Part shown: positions 12,611 to 24,540 of the stretch, piece after piece
Position numbering within the stretch: the stretch's first letter is position 1
Layout of the letters: each line of letters starts with the position of its first letter
Translations under genes and position numbers: made by a program
NCBI GenBank assembly: GCA_043228905.1
Contig: JBHGNT010000017.1
Coordinates: forward strand, 11,470,001-11,534,000
Reading direction: 5' to 3'
DNA: 64,000 nt
Source of the DNA: Azolla caroliniana
Lineage: Eukaryota; Plantae; Polypodiophyta
The notes under the pieces: model-generated
Databases searched by the model: none
Told to the model about the DNA's origin: nothing
What the model saw: only the letters and a program-made list of their open reading frames with translations

Positions 12611-13567
12611 TCATAGTCACATTGTCATAGTCTCAACATAAGTCAAGCCCTCCCTAATAAGAAGGCAAGTAACTCTCTTATATAGTCAAAAACCTTAGGC
12701 TTTAGTGTGTTCACACTTGACTACTTTATGTGACGTGATCAAGTACTAATACACTTAATAGTTATCCCACACCATAGAATTACGTATTAAGATTTATATC
12801 CTCATTCCTTTCAGAATTAATTCCGGAAAACCTATTGTGAAATCAATTTTTGTTCCAACGAACAAATAGTTATATTTATGTTGGATGCATGGGAGGGAAC
12901 TCAAGGATAAAGATCAATATCAAGGAATCAAGCATCACAACAACCAAAGGAAGAAGCTAAAATGGATCAAGATAAACATGTTTTGTAAAAAATAAATCAA
13001 AAAGTAGAAAAAACGTATGTGTGGATAAGAAGATTAAGATAGAAAAAAGCACTCTTAACTTCTTCATCTAATATTTAAATTTAGAAAGAAAAGATTGCTT
13101 GGTTAAAAATGCGAGCTTTCCAACGAGATCTTGCATTCTAAAATTGTATCTACATAGAAAAAATAGTGATAAAAACGAAAACGTAGGTAAGTGTCAAAAG
13201 AGGATAAATAGGTCTATATTTAGGATATGTTCTAAAAACTATTGAATGCCTCATGTAGACTCAACTATATTCATTAGAAAGCAATGATAGTGTATCACGC
13301 ACACAACCAAAAACGTATAAAAAGGAGGAAATTTTAGATATTAGATAAGGGAAAGAAAAAAAAGGAGGAAGCATTAAATTTAGAAGAAGTGAGATAGGAA
13401 GAGTTTTAATAGGAGGAAGGAAAAGAAAGAGTGAATATTATGATTAGTGTGATATTAGTTATTTGGTGTGTAGTTGAGTTTATGGTGTAAGGAGTCGATG
13501 TTCTCATCATATTAGTAAGTTTTTGTGTCCTCTTCTCTTCTCTTTTCTCTATCACACTTCATCATTT

Positions 13568-16500
13568 TGGCGCTCCACGGAGGGCTGAGTCTTTCTTATC
13601 ATTACAGGACTTGTTGCAAATGTTCGTGTACGTCCAGTAAATTGGACGTACGCGAATATTAGGAACTATGATTGCAACCTAATCAAAAAGTAAATTACCA
13701 ACTATTGGTGCACCAATTTTAAGCAAAGTATATTTGATGTTGCAATACAACGGAAGTGCGGGAAGAACTCTTTCACTTATGAATGTTCTCCACAACAGAG
13801 TATACCGATTTTGAGAGTGAGTTTATTGACCCTTGGACTATGTGGAATCGATTACGGGATTAAGGCCACATTTGCATTGGAGGCTAATGTAAAGAATCCT
13901 ACAACTTTCCAAGAGCTTGTTCAAACTTGTCAAGCCTATAATGGAGAAATCAAAGATTTACAAGCAAGTTAACAATTGTAGCATTTAGACGGTAATCTAA
14001 TTGCATCACCTATTCTTCAAAAATCATCAATTGTGCATGGAGATAAAGTGTTCCACAATGTTCTTATGACCATTCCAACCACATATCAACATATTATTCC
14101 GATGATGCAAGAAGCTACTCAACCTAAGGTGGAAGGAGGTTTCTTGGAGAAAATAAATCAGTGTCTTAATGAAATTACTCAACAAATCGAACACATGCAG
14201 GAAAATTTTAAAGTAAGTTGTTGAGTGACAAGCTCAACATTGGGTGCGTAATACGACGCGTAAGATAGTACACACAACTTGGCCGTATCAGTGCGTAAAC
14301 CGAAAGGCCGTTAGAGTGTTATTCCTCGTAAAGGAATAATTTTGGGAGTTTGTGTAGTTGGCTCATTTATGAGCATTCAAGTATTGTCAGTACTTGTGTC
14401 AGCCCGAATGTCAGGGCTTGTATATAAGGTGCTCATTGAGCACGAAGTATGTACAGAATAGAGAATTATTTTGAATTCGATCTATAATGTCTTTCTCTCT
14501 CTGTCTCTCCCTCTCCCTCTCCATTTTTGTGTTTTCTGTGTTTTACCGAACTATCTTATTCCTCCGAATTGTGTACTCTGTGTTTATGCACACGCTTCCG
14601 CACAACGCTATTCTTTTACATGGTATTAGAGCGCGAGGGTTGAAGTCCTCTGCAGCCGACAAGGAAAGTTTGTGACAAAACAGAGTTGAAGTTGTTCGTT
14701 TTCGGAGAAGAAAAAAAGAAGAAGACAATACTATGGACAAAGGAATGGGAAGCTCACTTCCGACTGAAAATCTTGACAGAAGCAACTATGCATCTTGGTC
14801 TTACAAGATGCACCGGTACCTGCTCGGCCATGTATATTGGAGTTATGTCGAAGGAGCAAATGATGTGGCACTCGACTTGACACACGGGGACTATCCGGCT
14901 TGGGAACAAGCAGCAAGTAGAGTGTTGTACTACTTCACATCCTGTGTGAGCGATCAACTTTGGAGCTATATTCGGGATGCCAAGACGTCGAAAGACGCGT
15001 GGGCGAATCTCAAAAGGATTTTCGCCGCCAACACAACGACTAGAAAGTTGCAGCTCAGATAGGAGCTCAGCAATGTGCGACAAAGAGATATGTCGGTGGC
15101 TGATTACACCACCAAGATCAAAGAAATCTACGACTCTCTCGCCTCCGTCAACGTGAATGTCAAGGAAGATGAAATGGTGCAGGTTTGTCTTGATGGCTTG
15201 GCGTCAATGTTCAAACCTTTCCGAACGGTAGTCTACACAAGGGAGATTACGCCTTCGTTTTTCGAGCTTCAATCAATGTTGCTCGTAGAAGAAAACCACG
15301 CGGGTGCGTCAACGAGTGCACACGCTAATGGCAAGATGCTTTACACGGAGGATGATAGGCCCCGTGGTCGTGGTGGACGAGGCGGATCGGCGCGCAATGG
15401 AGGCGGCTGGAAAGAGCAGAATATATGGCATAATCGAGATGCCGGAAGCAATTCCAAACCCTTCGCAAGCAGGGGGAGTCATGGCGCCGCCCGAAGACGG
15501 CAAGAGAAGACCGCACCGGATTTCTGGTACTGTGGCAAGAAAGGCCACAGGGAGAGCGAGTGTTGGAAGAAACAAGCCGAATCGGACAAAGCTAGACCGA
15601 TCGGAAGTGACCCACGAAGGTGTCAAAGATCGCACTACGCTGAGGGCTCCGAACGAGCCGGAAATAGACTGGGCCTTGCCTTCGTAATGAAGCATAAAGC
15701 CAATTCAATGGCCGTGAACACCTCGAAATCGAGCGAGGTGTGGTATGTGGATTCCGGAGCGTCAAATCATATGACGAGCCATGAGGAATGGTTCTCGTAC
15801 TTGGAGAAGCCAGAATCACGAGGAGTGGTCGAAACCAGCGACGACACTCCGCATACCATCGAACATCTCGGCGAAGTTCCCCTCAGCCACATCGGGCAGA
15901 AAGGGAAGCTAATGAATGTGTTGCATGTCCCGACAATAACAAAGAACCTTGTGTCGGTCGGACAGATCATCGACCAAGGTATGCAAGTTCGATTCACGCA
16001 TCTCGGCTGCTTCATCGAAGAGGAAGGCAAAGTGATCACGCGAGGGTGCCGTGAAGGGAGGATGTTTATCCTCGAAACCAATAATGTGGGTACCTCTATG
16101 TTCGCGAAAGGACAGAAGGTTGAGTCGGATATTGACCTGTGGCACAAGCGGTTCGGCCACGTAAACTTCCCATGGCTTTGTGAAATGCAGACGAAGAACA
16201 TCGTTTTCGGTTTGCCGAAATTTCAGGTCCGTAATGCCCAAGTCTGCGAAGCCTGCCGGATGGGAAAACAACACCGACTTCCATTCCCCAACGAGCGTAA
16301 TCGGAGTCGTAATCCGCTCGATTTGATCCATTCGGATGTGTGGGGACTGGCATAGAACGTGAGTCTCAGTGGAAGCCTTTACATCGTAACCTTCATCGAT
16401 GATTTCACTCGGCACACGTGGGCATGCATGATCGCGAAGAAGAGCGAAGTCTTCACATGTTTCTTCGAGGTGAAGAGCCTCGTGGAAAGGGAAACTGGGC

Positions 16501-19500
16501 GCAAGATCAAATGCCTACGGTTCGATGGCGGGAAGGAATACTTCTCCGACCAATTCACTTGTTATCTACAGAAGGAGGGAATTCGATGCGAATTCTCATG
16601 TAGATATACGTCGGAGCAGAATGGCGTAGCCGAGCTGAAGAATCAGACGATTGAAGAAGCAACCAGGGCAATGCTTGAAGAGAAGCATATGCCGAAATTT
16701 TATTAGGCCGAAGCCGTGAGGACGGCTGTGTACTTGTAGAATCAGACTTCTGCTAATGGAGGAGTGTCGCCACATGAACTATATTTCGGGAAGAAGCTGA
16801 ACTTGGCACACTTGAGGATTTTCGACAGCATTGCGTATGTGCACGTGCCAAAGGAGAAACGGAGGAAGCTGGACGCGAAAGCCGAGAAGTGTATCTTGGT
16901 CGGCTATTCGGATGAGCAGAAGGGTTATAAGTGTTATAACCCACACACCAAACAAGCGCGCGTGAGCCGTGACGTTGTGTTTGATGAGTCCGCTTCGTGG
17001 TACTTGCCTTCACCTCCAGTACCTCAAGATTCCATTCTGAATTCTGAGGAAGAAGTCAGCGAGGCTGAGATGCCTCTGCATGATGAGGACATTAGAGCTC
17101 TGAGAGAGAGTCCGATCTCATTTCGGCTAAGTGGGCTGAATGAGGGGTTGGGCCGAGATGGCCAACCAGATGATGAGACGGCGAGTAGTGGAGACTCGGC
17201 CGTGATGTCCTCGCGTAAAGAACCGAGGAGACGATTTACGCGCAAGGAAAAAGGGAAGAAGGTGTCGGATTACGACTTAGATAAGAACGAGTCGAATCGA
17301 CGCGAGTCCGACTCCGAGGGAAGTGATGATGGGTCTTTGAGAGCAAAGTCCGCGTCGGCTAAGATAGCCTCAACATCGGTTAATGAGCAATTGCGCCGAT
17401 CTACCCGCCAGAAGAACCCGGTTGTGCGGTTCGGATACAATGAGTACATGGCGCATCCCTATGCGTACATGACCCGTGTAGCGGAAGTGCGTGAGCCGGA
17501 GAGCTACGCAGAAGCGGCGAAGGACGCAAATTGGCGTGCCGCAATGGAGGAAGAGATGTGCGCATTAGAGGAGAATGAAACCTAGGACCTGGTTGACGCA
17601 CGGAAAGGTGTGAAGCTGATCGGATGTAGGTGGGTGTACAAGGTCAAGTACAACACTGACGGCGCTCGGTCAACCGATACAAGGCCCGGTTAGTAGCGAA
17701 AGGCTACGCGCAAAAACACGACATCGACTACGATGAGACGTTTGCGCCGGTCGCGAAGATGATGACCGTCCGTGTTTTGCTCGCGGTAGCTGCGACAAAG
17801 GGGTGGCACTTACATTAGATGGATGTAAAGAATGCGTTCTTGCAAGGTGAGCTTGAGGAACATGTGTACATGGTACAACACCCCGAATTTCACTCCGGAA
17901 CGAACACTTCGGTGGTGTGCCGATTGAAGAAGTCCCTTTATGGACTAAAGCAAGCCCCGCATGCCTGGAACGCGAAGATCACGCAATGATTGCGACGGTT
18001 GGGCTTTGCGACGTCAAAATCGAACTCCTCACTATTCATCCGAAAAGGTCGACTTGGGCCGGTTAGCGTTTTACTTTATGTTGATGACTTGGTCATCACC
18101 GATGCCGACCTAGGTGAGATTGACCGCGTAAAGCTCCAGCTTGCGGCATCATTCGACATGAAGGATTTGGGGGACCTTATTACTTCCTTGGGATCGAAGT
18201 GATCCGCACCCCCGAAGGCATATTGATCAGCCAACGACATTACGTGTTGAGTATGCTCTTCAAATTCGGGATGACCGACTGTAAGTCTGTCTCGACTCCT
18301 CTGGATAGAACCGTCAAGCTTCTCCCCGATTCCGGAAAGGTATGCGACCCGACGAGGTTTCGACAGATAGTTGGAAGCCTTATATACTTGACCATCACCC
18401 GACCAGATCTCAGCTACCCGGTCGAGGTGATTAGTCAATTCATGGCGCGACCGACTGAGGAGCACCTTCAGTGCGCACAACGCGTACTCCGGTATGTCAG
18501 TGGCACTAAGGACCGGGGGCTATTGTATTAGACTGATACTGCGGTGCAGTTGGTCGGTTACACCGATGATGATTGGGCCGGAAACGCCGACGATCGCCGA
18601 TCCACGTCCGGTTTTGCGTTCTCTCTTGGGAGTGCCGTGATCGCGTGGAGTAGCAAGAAGCAGCCGACAGTTGCGCTGTCGAGCACTGAAGCCGAGTATA
18701 GAGGAGCGGCTGTCGCGACATGCGAAGCCATATGGTTGAAGTGGCTACTTAAGGATTTGCAGGTGGAGGTATCCGATCCAACGATAATCCACTGCGACAA
18801 CCTTAACAACATCCAGCTAGCTAAGAACCCCGTCTTCCACGCCTGGACTAAGCACATTGAGCTGCACTACCATTTCGTCCGTGAGCGTGTCCTCTCCGGT
18901 GAAGTCGAACTTCAGTATGTTCCGACGGATCGGCAGAACGCCGACATCTTCACCAAGCCTCTTGGTCTAGACAAGTTGCGGCAATTCTCGGGTGCGCTTG
19001 GGTTGCGTCACCTCGACGTGCCGAACTTGAGGGGGAGAGATGTCCATGATGACCACGGAAGGGAGCAGGAAAAGAGGGGAAAAGTCCGTGATGCTGAGTC
19101 GGATGACGAATTCGATTTCGGATCGGCTGAAGAAGCCGAGGGCAAATCTACGGAAGAGTCCGAAAGTGGACATAAGGGGAGTAGTCGAAAGAAAGAGCCG
19201 AAGCCAACCAAGCGTGGGGGAGACGAAGCCAGCAAGGGCGAGAAGACCGAAGATGAGTTGGAGACAACCAACTCAGACGAGAGTGAAAACCTATCGGAGG
19301 AAGCCGAGTTGGTTCAGATGTTTGATTTGGATACGCTGAATCAACCAAGGGCCAAGCGGAAGAGAAGGCAACAGAAGAGGCGCCTACACCACAACAACAA
19401 GGAAGCTGAGAAGGGCCATGTGAGCAGACAAGCCGACCGAAAGGGTCGAGGCGCACAGAACCAAATGGGTCGAGGAGCGCGAGCGAGGCGTGGAGCCAAG

Positions 19501-20120
19501 AGAAGCTGAAGCGTAGATCCGGCGGAGCGGGTGTAACCTCAAGTTGAGCTTGAGGGGGAGTGTTGAGTGACAAGCTCAACATTGGGTGCGGAATACAGCG
19601 CGTAAGATAGTACGCACAACTTGGCCGTATCGGTGCGTAAAACGAAAGGCCGTTAGAGGGTTATTCCTTGTAAAGGAATAATTTTGGGAGTTTGTGTAGT
19701 CGACTCATTTATGAGCATTCAAGTACTGTCAGTACTTGTGTCAGCCCGATTGTTAGGGCTTGTATATAAGGTGCTCATTGAGCACGAAGTATGTATAGAA
19801 TAGAGAATTATTTTGAATTCGATCTATAGTGTCTTTCTCTCTCTGTCTCTCCCTCTCCCTCTCCATCTTTGTGTTTTTTGTGTTTTACTGAACTGTCTTA
19901 TTCCTCTGAACTGTGTACTTTGTGTTTACGCACACACTTCCACACAACGCTATTCTTTTACATAAGTCAAACTCAAGATGCTCCAAGGGAACAAAGAGTG
20001 ATTGTGTGTTGTTATATATGTGGTGTTGAGGTACACTTATCAACACAATATCCTCAGGAAGTCAAGGTGGTTGGGTCTCTCTCTAGAACATTGGGGAATG
20101 TGGAAACTCATTAGTTATGG
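13568..20120 (+). pseudogene. Old degenerate retrotransposon gag remnant split by the 14219-19962 copia insertion
   Basis: Joining across the TSD gives ...ENFKVSQTQDAPREQRVIVCCYICGVEVHLSTQY, a decayed CCHC knuckle. A PBS-like TGGCGCTCCACGGAGGG lies at 13568. Confidence 0.5.
14219..19962 (+). mobile_element. Full-length, degenerate copia element (family A)
   Basis: LTRs 14219-14620 and 19561-19962 with 5-bp TSD TAAGT. PBS TGGTATTAGAGC at 14621 and PPT GAGGGGGAG before the 3' LTR. Domain order is gag-PR-IN-RT-RH, with stops and frameshifts. Confidence 0.96.
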
Positions 20121-20249
20121 GGAATATGGAGCTCATTAGTTATGTGGCATAGAATATGATTCTATGACACATAGTTAATGTGTAGAAAGTAGTGGTGACC
20201 TCTGATCTTTGAGTGATCATAGATTCTCAAAAGGTGTGTTCATACACTA

Positions 20250-22308
20250 GACTAGGTTGAGGAAACTGAACCAACTGAAGAAGAAGGGGAAGCAGAAACC
20301 GGAACTGGCCAAGACCCCAAATTGGATTCGGATGAAGAAAAAATGGAGGAGCCAGTTTTCGAAGCTCAAGGACGCAGATATCCCCTCAGAGAGAGAAGAG
20401 CCCCCTGGAGATTTCCGGATCCAGAGCATGTATTGCTAATCGATGAGGGGGAGCCGGAAAGCTTCGAAGAAGCTAAGAGAGACACCCACAACTACAAGTG
20501 TTTAAGTGCCATGCAGGATGAGATGCATTCCCTGCATGAGAACCACACGTATGAGTTGGTGGAGTTGCTGAAAGGAAAGAGGGCAATCCAAAATAAGTGG
20601 GTGTACAAGTTGAAATCGGGAGATGCCGGCAACCCCCCAAGGTACAAAGCCAGGATTGTGGTGAAGGGGTTCCAACAGAAGAAGGGAGTGGACTTCGACG
20701 AGATATTTGCCCCGGTAGTAAGATGACTTCCATCTGAACGGTGTTGAGCATAGTGGCAAGCATGGACCTCGAGGTAGAACAGCTAGACGTGAAGACGACG
20801 TTCCTCCACGACGACCTCGAAGAAGAGATCTATATGCAGCAACCAGAAGGATTCGTGAAGAAAGGGAAGGAGCACTTGGTCTGCCGGTTGAAGAAGAGCC
20901 TATACGGATTGAAGCAGGCTCCCCGGCAATGGTACCAGAAGTTTGACTCCTTCATGACCGATCAAGGGTACTACAAGACACAGGCCGATCACTGCATTTT
21001 TGTGAAGAAATTGAATGGAGGAGACTTCCTGATACTCCTCCTGTACGTAGATGACATGTTGATTGTCGGGCGAGACCAAGTGAAGATTCGGATGCTGAAG
21101 AAGGCCCTTAACCGGACCTTCTCAATGAAAGACTTGGGTCCGGCAAGACAGATATTGGGGATGCATATCATCCAGGACCAGTCGAAGAAGCAATTGTGGA
21201 TGTCACAGGAAAAGTACGTGACAAAGGTGCTTCAACGGTTCAACATGTCAGAAGCAAAACTGGTCGGATCGACACTCCAGGCAAACTGCAGATTATCCGG
21301 TAAGCAAAGTCCGAAGACAAAAGCAAAGAAGGCGAATATGATGAAGATCCCATTTTCCTTTGTTGTCGAGAGCTTGATGTACGCAATGGTATGTACCCGA
21401 TTGGATATCGGATACGCAGTCAGAGTGGTGAGCCGATTCATGAGCAATCCCCGCAAGGAGCACTGGAATGCGGTAAAATGGATACTCCGGTATCTGAAGG
21501 GCACTTCGAGTATCTCCGATTCGGCTCAGGTAAAACCCCAACTTGACGAATTCACGGATTCAGACATGTCGGCTGATGCAGATATCAGCTGGTCCACATC
21601 CGGTTATGTCATGACATATGTTGGGGGAGCTATTTCATGGCAGTCGAGGCTGCAGAAGACGGTTGCGTTGTCAACCACGAAAGCGGAGTACATGGCAACG
21701 GTGGAAGCCGACAAGGAAATACTATGGATGAAGGACTTCATCGAGGAGCTAGGGATCCAGCAAGAGGAATACCGGCTCTATTGCGATAGTCAAAGTTCCA
21801 TCCACCTTGTGAAGAACGCAGCATATCATTCTAGGATGAAGCACATCCAACGTAGGCACCACTGGATCTGGGAGCGAGTTGAAGATCGAGAGTTCGTGTT
21901 GACGAAGATCCACATGGAGGAGAACGGGTCGGATATGTTGACCAAAGTGCTGACACTCGACAAGTTGGACGCATGCCGGAAGTGGATTGGATTGACGAGG
22001 CATCCCATGCCGGAGTGAAGGGGGAGTTTGTTAGGATTTTGGTCCCTCCGGATGGGATATGATGAGTACTCGACAAGGAAGACCCGGTGAGAACCGGATG
22101 ATGCAGGCCCGGTGAGAACCTCTCACCGGATGAAGGGACATATATGTAAATATGTTTTAGAGAGCCCATTGGGACTATATTTGTAAATAGTCCTAAAGTC
22201 ATATTAGTATAAATATGACCTAGGGCAAACACTTTTTAAAAGGGGTTGTTGCCATTGTTATCGTTGTAGTTGTCAAGATAGTTGTTGTTATTATCGTTGT
22301 AACTACTG

Positions 22309-22356
<48 letters not shown>

Positions 22357-22630
22357 TACAGAGTATTCTCTGTTGTAGCCACCGCCAGGTGAAGATTGCG
22401 AGCACGAGGTCGTTTGCCTCTGTGTTCCATTATTGTATTCTCCTTGTATAGTGATAGTTTGGAGTCTGTGGGTTGCCATGGTTTTTCCCGTTTAGGGTTT
22501 TCCACGTAAACATCCTGTGCACTCTCTCATTGTCTGTGTATACATGTATTTATCTTCATTTCCCATTTCTCGGTGTTTGATTCAAAACGACACGATCTGA
22601 GACTCGGTTGTGGCCGAGTAATATTCCACA
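20250..22630 (+). mobile_element. 3' half of a Tnt1/Tork-like copia element (RT-RNase H plus 3' LTR)
   Basis: ORFs 20322-20726 and 20741-22018 contain YKARIVVKGFQQ, LYVDDML and RNase H motifs. PPT GAAGGGGGAG precedes LTR 22029-22630, which resembles the LTR at 1965-2620. Confidence 0.9.
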
Positions 22631-24489
22631 TAATTTTCATCACATTGGCTATCACTTAGCATCTCAGATTCGATGCTTGGGCATATACAGGATGCTATGC
22701 TTCCGAAAGAAGCTTGGGACAGTTTGGTAAAACTGTTTGCAGTGAATACAAAGGCAAGAAAGCTTCAGTTGAAGACTGAGCTAAATACCTTGGAAAAAGG
22801 TAAGATGTCAGTAAATGAGTATGCTCTGAAAATAAAGAGCATATGTGAATCACTTGCTTCTATTAATGTAAAGATAGAAGATGATGATAAGGTGGAAATA
22901 TGCTTAAGAGGCTTAGGACCTCAATACAAAAGTTTTAAAACATCTATTCTCACAAGGGATAATATCCCAAGTTTTACAGGTCTGGTTTCAATGCTTGTAG
23001 TGGAAGAAAGAAATCAGATGGATGATGTAAATAAAGGAAACCTTGAGAATGAGGGGCAAGCCCTCTATAATAGTGCTGGAAGAGCCCAAGGAAGAGGCCA
23101 TGGAAGATTTGGTTCAACTAGAACCAACAACAACAATCATCAAGGAAGAGGACAACAAGCTATTAGGGGAAGAAACAACATCAGAGGCAGGGGGAGCAAT
23201 CGAGATAGAGGTAAGCAAACCTATTTGAATGATGATGGCTATTGGTATTGTGGAAAACCAGGCCATACATAGGCTAAATGCTATAAAAAGAAAAATGATG
23301 AGAAAAGAGAGAAGAGACAGCAGAATAACTATGCCTCAACTAGTGAAGATTGTGATAAAGATGGTGCATTTGTGATGCAATATGAAACAACAGCAATGAC
23401 TGAATGCTCGCAGAAATGTAATGAAGATTTTATGTGGTATGTAGATTCGGGGGCATCTAATCATATGACTGGACATGCAAACTTGTTTGAAAGTTTAAGA
23501 GAACCATAGATTCCTGGTTATGTACAGATAGGTGATAATACTACTCACCAAATCGAGCATGTAGGAGATATCCCATTGTGGGAAGAAAAATGAAAAACAA
23601 AGTATATACGTTGAATGTAATGCATGTTCTAAACCTTGCTAAAAATCTGATTTCTGTTGGACAGATAGTACAGCAAGGAATGCAAGTCAAATTTAAGCAA
23701 AGTGGATGCTTTATAGAAAAAAATGGAAAGCTCATTGCTAAGGGAAAACGACAAGGAAGAATGTTTATCTTGGATGTAGATATATGCCTAGGAATATTAC
23801 AACCATGTTTGTAGAAGGAACTAGTGTAATCTCAGATGTGGAAATGTGGCATAAAAGAATTGGCCACATAAGTATGCAAACCCTGAAAAATATGTTGAGA
23901 AAAGATGCAGTGGCTGGACTGCCAAAATTGAAAGACTGTGAGATGGGAAAAATATGTGAAGCATGCCAATATGGAAAGTAAAATAGGTTGCCTTTCCCTC
24001 ATGAAAGACATGTAAGTAAAAATCTGTTAGAGTTGGTACATACGGATGTATGGGGACCAACAAAAAATGCATCTATTGGTGGCTGTAGATTTTATGTAAC
24101 ATTTATTGATGATTGCTCAAGGAAAACATGGGTGTACTTCATGAAAGAGAAAAGTGAATTGTTTGATTGTTTCCGTAAGTTTAAATGCATGGTAGAAAAG
24201 CAAGCTGGAACAAGAATAAAATGTCTAAGATTTGATGGAGGAGGAGAATATTTCTCCAATGAATTTTCTGATTTTCTATGCAATCAGGGAATAAGAAGAT
24301 GTTATACGTTTTAGGGTTAGGGTTAAGGACGATGACGATGATGAATGATAACTATGATGATTGGTAATGAAGATAGACATGGTGATGGAGAGTATGATGG
24401 TGAGAGAGATCATGTAGAGAAGCATTGCGGGGTGGGGGGTGGTGCCTAGAATGGCTCCACCCCCCTCCCAAGGATGTTCAACGTTAAGG

Positions 24490-24540
<51 letters not shown>

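Noticed and set aside
12350-13565. Possible decayed PBS/LTR sequences downstream of the PPR gene
   Set aside because: Too degenerate to define termini or a family.
24308-24328. TTAGGG telomere-like repeats at the LTR end (also about 27515)
   Set aside because: Only 2-3 units, and they are part of the LTR rather than an interstitial telomere.
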